Positions 20,496-31,157 of a stretch of 64,000 nucleotides of DNA are shown piece by piece. The notes beneath the pieces were generated by a model. The model was not told the origin of the DNA. It worked only from the letters and a program-made list of their open reading frames with translations, and made no database searches. Source of the DNA: an uncultured Spirochaetota bacterium (GTDB lineage: Bacteria; Spirochaetota; UBA4802; UBA5550); contig CAWHAA010000001.1 of the NCBI GenBank assembly GCA_963827275.1, forward strand, positions 64,001-128,000. Reading direction: 5' to 3'. Position 1 is the stretch's first letter. The number at the start of each line of letters is the position of its first letter. Both the position numbers and the translations under genes were made by a program.

Positions 20496-21507
20496 TAATA
20501 TACTGTTTTGTTTTCTTATTTTTTTCATGCCTGTGGTATCAGCTTATGGGCAAGAAGAAGATATCAAACTCGAAAATCCGCCTCTCGAAAAAAAAATCGG
20601 GGTCTTTAATCTTGAAAATGGCTTCGAACGATATTTTTTCTATACTAGATACCAGATTGGTGGTAAAACATTGTCACGGCAGGGAGCCGGAATCACTTAT
20701 TTTCCCTTCAGCGAGCTAAAGTTTCCTCTCGATGTTTTCATGATTTACGCAAATCTTACTCTGACCCTGCTCGATAGAATTTCATTCCACTATGGAGTAA
20801 AGAAAAACATCCACAACCGGGTTGGCAAGATGAAAGATACCGACTGGATACCCCTCCCCGGATTTAAAACAATCTATTCTGAAAGCGACGCCAGGCTTAA
20901 CGCCATTATCACCGAGGCTGATTTAGTCGTTAATCTTTACACGATATCATTTTTTTCTATAAAAGTTGGGGCAGGATTCATGCACCAGTACCTCTACTAC
21001 TGGTGCAGCAACGTGGTTCAAGAAGACATCATTGACGCAAATATGAATCTTGAAATGCCGTCAATAACGGTTATCCAGGGAAAGATAATCACTTACGAAG
21101 TACAGTATTACATTTTCACGATGCAGATTACGCCTGTTTTCACCATTCCTTTAGGGAAGGGATATCTGGAGATAATCCCTGCAATTCGGTTTTCCCCTTA
21201 TCTCAGGGCAAAAGATATTGACGACCATCTCCTGAGAGGAAAAGTTGCAAAAGGCGACAGCAAAGGAACCGCCTTCATGCCTTTCCTGAGCATCAGGTAT
21301 TTATTTGCCAGCAGGGTCTTTATATCGGCAAAGCTCGAATACATGTACCTGGTAACGAAGGGAAAACAGACGCAATCATATTACAACCCATTTATTGAAC
21401 CAGACGTCACCAACAATATTCCGGGATGGTCGGCACGCATTGAAAATAAACTTAAAAGCGAACAGCTATCGGTCAGTCTTGGGGCAGGCTATTCATTCGA
21501 ATTTTGA
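20449..21507 (+). CDS. Omptin-family outer-membrane beta-barrel (start uncertain)
   Basis: SELKFPL, GKMKDTDW, DIDDHLLR omptin-like motifs; terminal YSFEF. Confidence 0.75.
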   Translation: MVVLLNQFYRKKSKNNNILFCFLIFFMPVVSAYGQEEDIKLENPPLEKKIGVFNLENGFERYFFYTRYQIGGKTLSRQGAGITYFPFSELKFPLDVFMIYANLTLTLLDRISFHYGVKKNIHNRVGKMKDTDWIPLPGFKTIYSESDARLNAIITEADLVVNLYTISFFSIKVGAGFMHQYLYYWCSNVVQEDIIDANMNLEMPSITVIQGKIITYEVQYYIFTMQITPVFTIPLGKGYLEIIPAIRFSPYLRAKDIDDHLLRGKVAKGDSKGTAFMPFLSIRYLFASRVFISAKLEYMYLVTKGKQTQSYYNPFIEPDVTNNIPGWSARIENKLKSEQLSVSLGAGYSFEF

Positions 21508-21535
21508 ACGGTTCATGAAAGAATAAGCGTGGTTG

Positions 21536-22192
21536 CTATTGCATATTTAATTCCTTCAATTTTGTCATGATGAGCTTGAGCGTACTCCATGCCGCCCGTT
21601 TGAGATCCGGGTTTTTGATGAGTGTTATCGGATGCTCAATATTGTACCAGAAAATCTCCCGGCTGTTTTTGATTATATTCTGCAATGGCAATATATCACC
21701 AAAGACTATCACCACGCGGGGCTGCATCACTTCAATCTCGCGCGCAACAACCTTTTCGCAATTTCCCATGACCTGGCTCGGCTTCATGAGGGGATCGTTG
21801 ATATCGCATTTCACCAGATTGGTGATATAACATTCGCCGAAGGAGAGGTGTGCCGCCTGGATAATCTTCTTCAGCAAATCAACCGATTCTTTTTTTAACA
21901 GTTTCTTCTCGATGATGTTGACAAGCTGCGGCGAGTTAAGAATCACCATCACGCCGTTCGTTCCGCTGCCAACGCCGAATTTCCTTTCTTCGACACCGGA
22001 GCACAACGCGCACGCCTCGATGATCTTTTTGAGGGTCTCCTCGCGCGCTTCCTCCTGGGCGCGATCCTGCCGGCACACCCACCCGGATAGCCGATCAAGC
22101 TCATCATCGCCCCGTGACACGATCACCCTTCCACGGAGGGACCTGTCTTTCAATAATCTGGACAGCTCCAGAAATACGGTCTGTTTTTCCAT
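21536..22192 (-). CDS. Uracil-DNA glycosylase family 4-like protein (degenerate motifs)
   Basis: ACALC, YITNLVKC, EIEVMQPRVVIVFG, HP...NPDLKRAAW. Confidence 0.75.
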   Translation of the reverse strand: MEKQTVFLELSRLLKDRSLRGRVIVSRGDDELDRLSGWVCRQDRAQEEAREETLKKIIEACALCSGVEERKFGVGSGTNGVMVILNSPQLVNIIEKKLLKKESVDLLKKIIQAAHLSFGECYITNLVKCDINDPLMKPSQVMGNCEKVVAREIEVMQPRVVIVFGDILPLQNIIKNSREIFWYNIEHPITLIKNPDLKRAAWSTLKLIMTKLKELNMQ

Positions 22193-22217
22193 TTGCGTTC
22201 CGGCAAGGCCTCGCCGG

Positions 22218-23573
22218 TTATAACCGGTCTAAATTAATATTATACTGCTTGATCTTCCTGTGCAGATTCGTCCGTTCGATGCCAAGTTCCTTCGATGTCA
22301 CCGTAACATTCTTGTCATTCTTTTTGAGCACCTTGATGATCAGGTCCTTTTCAAATTCCTCGCGCGCCTTCTTCAGTGAGGATATGTCCTTGGTCATCAG
22401 ATCATCATAATCATATGCTTCCAGGTGCTTGCGGACCTCATCCCGCCCGATCGATTCTCCGGGCACCATGATACTGAGCCGTTCGATGACATTTTTAAGC
22501 TCCCGCACGTTCCCCGGCCAGGTATGGCGGGTAAGCTCCTTCATGCCGCCATCGTCTATCTGTTTGAGCCCGATGCCATGCTCCTCGGAAAAACGCTCCA
22601 GGAAATAATTCACCAGGAGGGGGAAGTCATCCATGCGCTCCGACAGCGCCGGCATATGGATGGGGATCACGTTCAGCCGGTAGAAAAGGTCTTCGCGGAA
22701 CGTCCCCTCCTCCACCGCCTTTTTCACGTCAACGTTGGTGGCGGCGATAACGCGCACGTCAACCGTGATGGTCTCGTTTCCGCCCACGCGCTCAAACTGG
22801 TTCTCCTGGAGGACGCGGAGCACCTTGGACTGGGCCGAGGCGCTCATGTCGCAGACCTCGTCGAGGAACATTGTCCCCTTGTTGGCTATTTCGAACTTCC
22901 CCATGCGCCGGTTGATGGCCCCGGTAAATGCGCCCTTTTCATGACCGAACAGTTCGCTCTCGATCAGCTCGTTCGGTATGGCGGCGCAGTTCACCTTCAC
23001 GAACGGCCTGTCCAGCCTCTTGGAGCGGTGGTAGATGGCGCGGGCCACCAGCTCCTTGCCGGTCCCGCTGTCGCCGGTGATGAACACGCGTGCGTTGGTC
23101 TTGGCCGCGGTCTCGATGATCTCCCGGATCTCCTCTATCTTCGGCGAGCTGCCGATCATCTCGTCGTCGAGATGGAACTCCTTGCGGAGCTTGATATTCT
23201 CCTTGCGGAGCCGCATGTGCTCCAGGGCGTTATTCACCGAGGTGATGATACGCTCCATCGCCAGCGGCTTCTGGATAAAATCATAGGCCCCCAGCTTGGT
23301 CGATTTTACCGCTATATCGATTGATCCGTGCCCTGATATCATGATGACCGCCGTGTCCTGGTAAAGGCTCTTGATCCGCTCAAGAAGATCAATGCCGTCA
23401 ACATCAGGGAGCCAGACGTCCAGGATCGCAAGATCAACATCATTCATGCGTAAAAATTCGAGCGCCCCTTCGCCGTTCCTGCTTGAATAGACGATGTGGT
23501 CCTCGTCCTGAAGTATCGAGCTCAGCGTCTTTATTATGTTTATTTCGTCGTCAACGACCAGTATCTTAGCCAT
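22218..23573 (-). CDS. NtrX/NtrC-family sigma54-dependent response regulator
   Basis: Receiver domain, GDSGTGKE, ESELFGHEKGAFTGA, C-terminal HTH. Confidence 0.95.
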   Translation of the reverse strand: MAKILVVDDEINIIKTLSSILQDEDHIVYSSRNGEGALEFLRMNDVDLAILDVWLPDVDGIDLLERIKSLYQDTAVIMISGHGSIDIAVKSTKLGAYDFIQKPLAMERIITSVNNALEHMRLRKENIKLRKEFHLDDEMIGSSPKIEEIREIIETAAKTNARVFITGDSGTGKELVARAIYHRSKRLDRPFVKVNCAAIPNELIESELFGHEKGAFTGAINRRMGKFEIANKGTMFLDEVCDMSASAQSKVLRVLQENQFERVGGNETITVDVRVIAATNVDVKKAVEEGTFREDLFYRLNVIPIHMPALSERMDDFPLLVNYFLERFSEEHGIGLKQIDDGGMKELTRHTWPGNVRELKNVIERLSIMVPGESIGRDEVRKHLEAYDYDDLMTKDISSLKKAREEFEKDLIIKVLKKNDKNVTVTSKELGIERTNLHRKIKQYNINLDRL

Positions 23574-23585
23574 ATTGTCGCATCC

Positions 23586-25377
23586 TTACTTGATATCAAT
23601 TGGCAGGTCAATTATGAATTCCGTGCCCTTCCCGTATTCCGACGTACATGAGATCTCGCCCCGGTGCTCCATGATGATCTTTTCCACGATGGCAAGCCCA
23701 AGCCCGGAACCCGAGGTTTTTGTGGAATAGCCCGGGTTGAAAATCTTGTCCCTGTCGGTTTCCCTGATCCCGATACCGTCATCGCGGATGATGATCCTGG
23801 CCGTCCCGCCGCCGGGACCCTCGATGAACGCGGACTTGACCTCGATAGTTCCCGATTTGCCGACCGCCTCCACCGCATTTTTTATCAGATTGTTAAATGT
23901 CTGCCGCATCATCATCCTGTCAATATAGATTTCAGGAATTCGCTTGTCAATTTCTGAATTAAACCTGATATTTTCATGCCCGGAAAAAAAATTCACGCAG
24001 TTTTCAATCAACGCGTTGATGTCGGTCTTGACCGGCTTCATTTCGGGAAGCCGGGCGAATTCGGTGAATTCATTCAGGATATTTTTCAGAACGCCGACCT
24101 CTTCAACAATAGTGTCGGTACCGGACAGTATTATGTTCTTAATGTCAGGATGGTTCTCCACGTAACGCTTCCGGATCCTTTCCGCTGAAAGCTGTATCGG
24201 AGTCAGCGGATTCTTGATCTCGTGGACCACCTGGCGGGCCATCTCCCGCCACGCCTCAAGGCGCTGCTTCTGGTAGACGATCCTCCGGTTCCGGTTGAAT
24301 TCATATACCATCCGGTTGAACGACTTGAAGAGCACGCCAAGCTCATCGTCGGAATCCCGGTAGAGCGATATATCGTAATTCCCGTCCGCGAAGTCCTTGG
24401 TCGCCTCGGAAAGTTCTATGACCGGCCTGGTGATGTTCTTGGAAAGGTAGAGGCTCAGCAGTACCGAGATCAGGACGACTATGAGCACGACCCCGAAGAG
24501 ATACATGCCGCCGTCGCTTTTCAGCTCATTGATCGTGCTCGCAAGCCTTTTGTGATCACTGAGGGATTGGGCGAACAGCTCCGCCCTCTTCGCGACTTCT
24601 TCGGGGATGGTCCTGCAGATCACCAGCAGATAATTATTGTACCTGAGAGACCCGGCAAGATAGTCTTTTCCCAGGATCGACAGCTTGTCTATGCGGCTCG
24701 TTTCGTTAAAACCGGATACGCCGTAAAAATCGGTTATCGGTTTCTGGATGTGATCGGGAGCCCCGTCGACCAGCCAGAGTTTATTGTCAACTTCTCCCGG
24801 GTAAAAGGTATAGGAAAATACATACAGTCCCTTGACGGTATATACATTTCGGATATAATCCCTTCCCTCCGGGGTCTCGAGCGACAGGGTCCCATTGTCC
24901 ATCTGGTACTTGATGGACTGGAGCTCGCCGCGCATGCCCTTCTTTCATCTGTGTCACCGGGTCATTGGCCACGGTTATCGCTTCATCCAGGGCCTTCGAC
25001 GTCTTGTCAAGTATGAGGCCTGACAGGGTCTGGTTCAGAATATAATTCGACGTAAGAACGACCGGCAGCGATGGCAGCACCGCGACGAACACGAACGCCA
25101 TCGCCATCTTGTACTGGATGCTGGAGCCGGCGCGCGGCCCCCCGGTATAGAGGTTCCTGCGCAGAGACATGATGATAAAATAGAGGGCCGCTACCAGGGG
25201 CACCGTCATGACAGCGTAGAGAAAAAATTCCCGGCCCTTCACGATCATGACGTTCTTGCCGGGAAAGAGCCCTATGATCAGGATTGATACGAAAACGAAT
25301 ATCCCCACCAGGAACATGACATCCTGGACACGGGTATCCTCCGGAAAAAGGTTAATTTTTTTCAGCAGATTTTTCAT
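23586..25377 (-). CDS. NtrY-like HAMP sensor histidine kinase (1-nt frameshift near 24940)
   Basis: TM N-terminus (ORF 24787-25377) continues into HAMP, AWREMARQVVHEIKNPLTPIQL and G boxes (ORF 23586-24935). Confidence 0.9.
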
Positions 25378-25639
25378 GGATGGTGAAATTATTCTCTATC
25401 ATCGAGACGATTGCGTCAACGACTTTCTCTTCGCCTTCGCCGCTGGCCCTGATAACCAGGCGCGACCCGGACACAATCGCCAGGCCCAGGACCGACATGA
25501 TGGACTTGCAGTCGGCCTCCACGTCTTCCTTGATGAGCTTAACCTCACAGGAATATTTCATCGCCTCTCTGACTATCATCATCGCCGGCCTGGCGTGCAC
25601 GCCGGCATCGCTTTTCACCACGACCTCACGTTCCGTCAT
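25352..25639 (-). CDS. ptsH: Phosphocarrier HPr
   Basis: GVHARPA (His15) and KSIMSVL (Ser46). Confidence 0.96.
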   Translation of the reverse strand: MTEREVVVKSDAGVHARPAMMIVREAMKYSCEVKLIKEDVEADCKSIMSVLGLAIVSGSRLVIRASGEGEEKVVDAIVSMIENNFTIHEKSAEKN

Positions 25640-26586
25640 CCGTTGCCGTTCTCCCTCTTCAGGTTTTCCTGGATATTCTGGTCAAGATCGCGCGCGGTGA
25701 ATATACCCAGTTTTTTCAGGCGCTGGTTGAGCGCGGCGGTTTCAACAATGATGGGGATATTCCGCCCCGGCCGCACCGGCACCATGATGCTGGGAACATG
25801 CATATCGAGCAGCGGATAGGTGGTTTCCTCGAGACCGAGCCGGTCATATTCCTTGTTCTGCACCCATTCCTCCAGTACCACGACCAGTTCAACGCGTTTC
25901 CTGTCCCTGACGGAACGGATGCCGAATATGTCCTTCACATTGATGATTCCAAGGCCCCTGATCTCCATGTGGTGCTTCAGGAGGGGCGACCCGCTGCCCA
26001 TCAGGATGGATTCATCGACCCGTTTCACCAGGACCACGTCGTCAGCGATGAAGCGGTGCCCCCGCTCGACCAGCTCAAGGGCGCATTCGCTCTTGCCCAC
26101 CCCGCTCTTCCCGATAAGGAGAACACCGATGCCGTAGACATCAATAAACGTTCCGTGCATGGTAAGCGTTGGCGCGAACGCCTCGTTCAGGAGATACACC
26201 AGAGAACTGGTAAATTTGGTGGTATCCTTAAGCGTGACAAAAACGGGGACGCCCTTTTGATCGGCGAACTCAACGAACTGGCGATCAGGCTCCTCGTTAT
26301 GGGTAAATACGCAGCAGAGAACGTCGTAGGAAAAAAATTTTTCGAGCACATGCCGCTTCTGCGTGTCCGAAAGCTGCCGCAGATAGGCGCTTTCACCCAG
26401 GCCGAATATCTGGATGCGGTCATAGGCGAAAAATTCATAAAACCCGGCAAGGGTCAGACCCGGCCGGTTGATATCTCCAACGCGGATCTCCTTGTCGAGC
26501 CCGGATCTCCCCGCCACCAGCCGAATCTGCAAATCGATCGGGCCGGTGTCCTCTAAAAAATTTTTTACAAGTATCGTGTTAGGCAT
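25636..26586 (-). CDS. hprK: HPr kinase/phosphorylase
   Basis: INRPGL, GKSGVGKSECALEL, ADD, MEIRGLGII. Confidence 0.97.
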   Translation of the reverse strand: MPNTILVKNFLEDTGPIDLQIRLVAGRSGLDKEIRVGDINRPGLTLAGFYEFFAYDRIQIFGLGESAYLRQLSDTQKRHVLEKFFSYDVLCCVFTHNEEPDRQFVEFADQKGVPVFVTLKDTTKFTSSLVYLLNEAFAPTLTMHGTFIDVYGIGVLLIGKSGVGKSECALELVERGHRFIADDVVLVKRVDESILMGSGSPLLKHHMEIRGLGIINVKDIFGIRSVRDRKRVELVVVLEEWVQNKEYDRLGLEETTYPLLDMHVPSIMVPVRPGRNIPIIVETAALNQRLKKLGIFTARDLDQNIQENLKRENGNG

Positions 26587-26697
26587 AATTATAACTATTC
26601 ACCCTGCAAGGCAACCATCATTCCTCGCCATCGCCAGATTTTTTGATCCGGGTTCATCGCGTGAGCCGGGGGAAAACAGGCCGGCAGTCCCGCTATC

Positions 26698-27504
26698 CTA
26701 AAATGCCGGGACCATTACTTCGTACTTGTTCCCAGTTTTATATATGATATTGATATACTCTGATTCGATATTAAAAAACGGCAGAAATTTGCTCATTGAT
26801 TTTTCCACCTCCGCGATTGCCTCATGAAGGGTGAGCTTCATGATGTCGGAGGAGCCGATTTTCTTGAATTCAATTTTCGGGTTTGACACTGAATCATCAA
26901 AAATATCGAGCGCATAAGCGACAAAGCGGTCGGGATTGATACCGTAGGTCTCCTTGTCGTAGGGAATTTCCACCATTCTCAATCCGTTCGGGACACGGTA
27001 AATTACCGCATAATTCTTATTGGTGAACGCCTGGTCCTCTTCGATCTTGCTCGCGCCTTTTTTGTACAGTATGAAATCCTTCTTGTCCATGCGCATCTGT
27101 AAAAACGCCTCGATATTATCGACCGGTTTATTGCTGACCTGCCGGAGGACTATCTCCTTCCCCTCATTGCTGGTAAAACCTATGGTCGCGCCCTCTCCCT
27201 TGTCAGGGCCTTTATGCATCTGGTGCTTCTCCTTGTACCTGCGGATCTGCTTTTCCATCTTCTCGAACAGCAGGTCTATGGCCGAGTAGAGGTCCGCGGC
27301 CTTTTCCTTGCCATGGAATTGCACGCCGTCCCCGTTCATCACGACTTCGGATATATGGTCCAGTTTCTCAACAGCAAGGATGATATGTGCGTCAATCATC
27401 TGGTTGAAATGCTTTTCCAGCTTTTTTATCTTTTTCTCCGCGTAATCCCGCACGCTGTCTGAAACATTGACATGTCTTCCCGTCACTGATATATTCATGT
27501 ACAT
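26698..27504 (-). CDS. hpf: Ribosome hibernation factor HPF/RaiA, extended form
   Basis: ISVTGRHVNVSDSVRDYAEKKI..DLYSAID..KMEKQIRRYK; downstream of rpoN. Confidence 0.9.
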   Translation of the reverse strand: MYMNISVTGRHVNVSDSVRDYAEKKIKKLEKHFNQMIDAHIILAVEKLDHISEVVMNGDGVQFHGKEKAADLYSAIDLLFEKMEKQIRRYKEKHQMHKGPDKGEGATIGFTSNEGKEIVLRQVSNKPVDNIEAFLQMRMDKKDFILYKKGASKIEEDQAFTNKNYAVIYRVPNGLRMVEIPYDKETYGINPDRFVAYALDIFDDSVSNPKIEFKKIGSSDIMKLTLHEAIAEVEKSMSKFLPFFNIESEYINIIYKTGNKYEVMVPAF

Positions 27505-28943
27505 TCCTCTGATTTGATTTTGTTGATCCTCTTTCTTTTATTCGACGGGGGGATATTCAGCAACCCCCGGTATTTCGCCACTGTCCGCCGCGCGACCTCG
27601 ATTCCCGCCTTGCCCGCCCTCCTGACGATCTCCTCATCGCTATAGGGCCGCCCCGGGTCCTCGCGCTCGACGATGTCGCGGATAATGTTCATCACCGCGT
27701 CGGAGGAAGCGTCGCTGTCGCCGTGTGACGACTTGATCCTTGACACGAAAAAATACTTCAGGTCGTACACGCCCCAGGAAGTCTGGACGTATTTATTGCT
27801 GGTGACCCGGCTCACGGTCGATTCGTGCATGCCCACCTCCCTGGCGATCTCGCCATGGGTGAGGGGCTTGAGGTGGCCCGGGCCCCGCTCGAGAAAAACC
27901 CTCTGGTGCTCCATGATGGAGCCGACCACCCGGAGTATGGTATTCCGCCTGTTCGATATGTTCTTCACCAGGTAACGGGCCGACTGCATCTTATCCTGAA
28001 TATAATCTTTCAATTTTTTTTCAATGTTTTTTTTCTTGATGAGCGAAATATAATAGGAATTTATATGGATGCCCGGCATCCAGTCATCATTGAGGCTCAC
28101 GATGATCTCGCCGTCAACCAGCTTGACGTCGATATCCGGCATGATGTACCGGATGGTCCTGTTTGAATACTGGCGTCCCGGATAGGGATCAAGTCCCTGG
28201 AGCAGCCTGCTCTTCTCAAGGACTTCCGCCATCGGGATGCCGAGAGAATCCGAAATTTTCTTGTAATCCAGCTTCTCGAAACTCGCAAAGCAATCCGTAA
28301 CCATCCGGAGAAGCGCCCCGTCACCGGGATAAAAATGACGGCATTGCACCGCAAGGCTTTCCTTTATATTTTTCGCCGCGCATCCCACCGGGTCGAATAG
28401 CTGTATCGACGCGATCACGTCTTTTGCCGGGGCGGCCCCGGGGTCCTGGCCCAGCAATCTGTCGGCATCGGCGGGCAGAAAGCCATTTTCGTCAAGCGAT
28501 GTTATTATCGTTTCATAGGTGGAGAGTTCACGTTCATCGCGCGCGGTAAGACGCGCCTGCCAGAGGAGGTGCTCGGCAAGCGACTCTTCCCGGATGACGG
28601 CATGTTCCAGGTAATTCCGTTTCCTGTCATCGTCCCCTTCTCCCGGAAAGCCCGCATCACTCGAATTCTCGAAATTACTGCGCCGTTCATCCCGTGTATC
28701 GAGGAGCGATTCATCGCCGCTCAAATTCCGGACAACGCCCTCATCAGCGGAAGCCCCTCCATCATTCGGTACTATCGCCATCTCCCCATCCTCCTCGAGG
28801 ACGGGGTTTTCAACAAGTTCTTTCGTTATTCTTTCGTACAGTTCGACCGTGGATAATTGCAGGAGCTCGATAGCCTGTTTCAGAGACTGTGTCATCACCG
28901 TCTTCTGGGTTTGCTTCAATCCTGTATGGAGAGAAATCGCCAT
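27495..28943 (-). CDS. rpoN: RNA polymerase sigma-54 factor
   Basis: LKQAIELLQL, HESTVSRV, RpoN box VARRTVAKYR. Confidence 0.97.
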   Translation of the reverse strand: MAISLHTGLKQTQKTVMTQSLKQAIELLQLSTVELYERITKELVENPVLEEDGEMAIVPNDGGASADEGVVRNLSGDESLLDTRDERRSNFENSSDAGFPGEGDDDRKRNYLEHAVIREESLAEHLLWQARLTARDERELSTYETIITSLDENGFLPADADRLLGQDPGAAPAKDVIASIQLFDPVGCAAKNIKESLAVQCRHFYPGDGALLRMVTDCFASFEKLDYKKISDSLGIPMAEVLEKSRLLQGLDPYPGRQYSNRTIRYIMPDIDVKLVDGEIIVSLNDDWMPGIHINSYYISLIKKKNIEKKLKDYIQDKMQSARYLVKNISNRRNTILRVVGSIMEHQRVFLERGPGHLKPLTHGEIAREVGMHESTVSRVTSNKYVQTSWGVYDLKYFFVSRIKSSHGDSDASSDAVMNIIRDIVEREDPGRPYSDEEIVRRAGKAGIEVARRTVAKYRGLLNIPPSNKRKRINKIKSEECT

Positions 28944-29050
28944 ATAATCGGTCACCGGGACGCGTATTTCTACGCAATTCACCTATGATAATAATACAAA
29001 TAATTCAGAATAAAAGCAATACAATCCGCCAAAAAAGGAAGCATGCGCCC

Positions 29051-29482
29051 CTATTTCACCACGCATACGCTGCAGTGCGCATGGTGGACCACCCTGTCGG
29101 ATATCGACCCCATGAGAAACCTTCCTATGGCAGAGCGCCCCTTGCCGCCCAGGACGATGATATCGTAATTCTCTTTTTCGGCAATTTCGCATATCTTATC
29201 AGCGGGATATCCCTCCACCACCTTCCTGTCCCAATCCACATTTTCTTCATCAAGCATCGGGTGCACTTCCTCGAACCTCTGCTCCGAGAGCCATTTCACG
29301 CGGTCCACTCCCTCCGGCGCCGCTCCGTAAAAGCCGGGGAGAGGGCCGAACTCCTCAACCACCTCCAGGACGGTGAGCTTCGCATGGGCTTCCTTGGCGA
29401 TGACAATCGCCATATGCAGCGCTTTCTTTGATAATTCCGAACCGTCAACTGGTGCGAGAACTTTTTTGATATAACGTCGCAT
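29051..29482 (-). CDS. Universal stress protein
   Basis: VLAPVDGS...IVLGGKG...[16 protein letters not shown]. Confidence 0.93.
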   Translation of the reverse strand: MRRYIKKVLAPVDGSELSKKALHMAIVIAKEAHAKLTVLEVVEEFGPLPGFYGAAPEGVDRVKWLSEQRFEEVHPMLDEENVDWDRKVVEGYPADKICEIAEKENYDIIVLGGKGRSAIGRFLMGSISDRVVHHAHCSVCVVK

Positions 29483-29668
29483 ATGCTTTCTCCATAGTTG
29501 GTATCGGCAGGGCCGCAGCATCACCCATAAAGTATCGAGACAGGAATGAACGGTCAAGGATTATTTTCAAATTTGCATGTCCGCCATCCCTGTGCCACGC
29601 GGCGGATGACTTTTTTTAAAGATTATACGATTAAAAAAGCATTTTGTCAAATGAATTCCGGAAGCGGA

Positions 29669-30715
29669 TCAAGTGCCGTCATCGTCCCTGAAGACATCAT
29701 CGAGAAAATCAATCAGGTCGCCGATTTCCTTATACGTCTTGAAGATTGACATTTTTTCTGAATGGCTGAAGATCCTTGTCCCCACAAACCGGCTCTTCGC
29801 ACCGTATCCGACAAGGAACTTATGGAGGCTCAACCCAAACGAATATGGAATTATATTATCCGAGGTTGAATGGATAATAAAGAACTCAGTATCCGGGACT
29901 TTTTTCCCTTTCGTAAAAATGCTGCCCTCATTAATTGAGATGAATTCCTTATTGTCAACCGTTGATGCGTCGATCCGCCGGAACAAGGCGTCGCCCAGAA
30001 CGGCCCGCATTGCTTCGCGGTCGGTGGTTCCCGGCTTTGATGCGGTGATGGCCCTGGCGACAAGCTCCCGTTCCCTGTGGTTATAATCGCTGCTGTTAAG
30101 CGCGTTGGCCATCTTGACAATATAATCGATCTCAACGCCCGCCTTATTATAATAATCGACGAGAAGTTTCCCCGTGAAAAAAGGGCCGTATAAAAACAGC
30201 TTGTCCGGATAGTATGCCAGCGGGATGGTATTGAACGCCACCAGGAGTCCGGTGCCGGCCACACATGCGCCGAAGGCATTATACTGTCCGGGATATTGTC
30301 TTCTCAATTCCATGTATATAGCCCCGGCGTCATCAGCGACCTCGACCAGCTTCCATCCTTTCTTGGTAATAGCGGGGATGAAGGGCACAAAGACCGTCCG
30401 CCCCGTTGATCTGCCGATGGCGATGGCCATTTTTTTCAACGTGGGATGCCGGTATGCCTCGGGCGAAAACCCATGCAGGAAAAAGTAATACTTACCCGGG
30501 ACCCTGTTGGCCGGGGTAAAAATCATCATGGGGGTGTTCCCGTTCTTCATCGCAAGGGTGATCTCTTTTGTTTCACAACCGGCAGGCGGTATGACATCTG
30601 ACATGGTCAATAAAAATCTCACGCTCGGTTTTTGACAGAGTGCATAGCCCACGACCCCAAGTGCGGCGCTGATGGTCCCGATACAGATCAGGGCAATAAT
30701 GATTATTTTCTTCAT
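29669..30715 (-). CDS. Membrane-anchored alpha/beta-hydrolase-like hypothetical protein
   Basis: FLHG, GACVAG (Cys at the nucleophile elbow), IHSTSDNIIP, C-terminal His. Confidence 0.55.
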   Translation of the reverse strand: MKKIIIIALICIGTISAALGVVGYALCQKPSVRFLLTMSDVIPPAGCETKEITLAMKNGNTPMMIFTPANRVPGKYYFFLHGFSPEAYRHPTLKKMAIAIGRSTGRTVFVPFIPAITKKGWKLVEVADDAGAIYMELRRQYPGQYNAFGACVAGTGLLVAFNTIPLAYYPDKLFLYGPFFTGKLLVDYYNKAGVEIDYIVKMANALNSSDYNHRERELVARAITASKPGTTDREAMRAVLGDALFRRIDASTVDNKEFISINEGSIFTKGKKVPDTEFFIIHSTSDNIIPYSFGLSLHKFLVGYGAKSRFVGTRIFSHSEKMSIFKTYKEIGDLIDFLDDVFRDDDGT

Positions 30716-30896
30716 GGCATTGTTCAATCTCGTGTTACAGGCAAAAATTTTTTTCCATGGAGTGAAACCCACAACATGAAAAATATCGTCCCGAGGGTGA
30801 AAGGTCAAGGATAATTTTCGATTATCACTCCATATGAGGGTATACGAACAGACAGGTAGAATCATGAAATTATTTCAGGACACATGGCATTATTAT

Positions 30897-31084
30897 GGGG
30901 TCAGAGTAACCCACTTACCGATAACTATCGGCCCCACAGTGGGTCAGAGTAACCCGCTTACCGATAACTATCGGCCCCACAGTGGGTCAGAGCAACCCGC
31001 TTACCGATAACTATCGGCCCCACAGGGGGTCAGAGCAACCCGCTTACCGATAACTATCGGCCCTCACAGGGGGGTCAGAGCAAC
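30897..31084 (+). repeat. 43-bp tandem array, 4 full units plus 1 partial; each unit holds GGGTCAGAG(T/C)AA and the palindrome CCGATAACTATCGG
   Basis: Units start at 30898, 30941, 30984, 31027 and 31072. Confidence 0.97.
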
Positions 31085-31092
31085 TACAATAT

Positions 31093-31124
31093 AAAACAAT
31101 GGCGGCACCGGAGTGCCGCCATTG
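31093..31124 (-). terminator. Rho-independent terminator of the giant lipoprotein genes
   Basis: CAATGGCGGCAC-CGGA-GTGCCGCCATTG, followed by TTTT on the minus strand. Confidence 0.8.
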
Positions 31125-31157
31125 CATATTCATCAACCAATTAATCCGAACTATCCG

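Noticed and set aside
30897..31084. CRISPR array
   Set aside because: Units are near-identical over their whole length, there are no unique spacers, and no cas genes are in the window.
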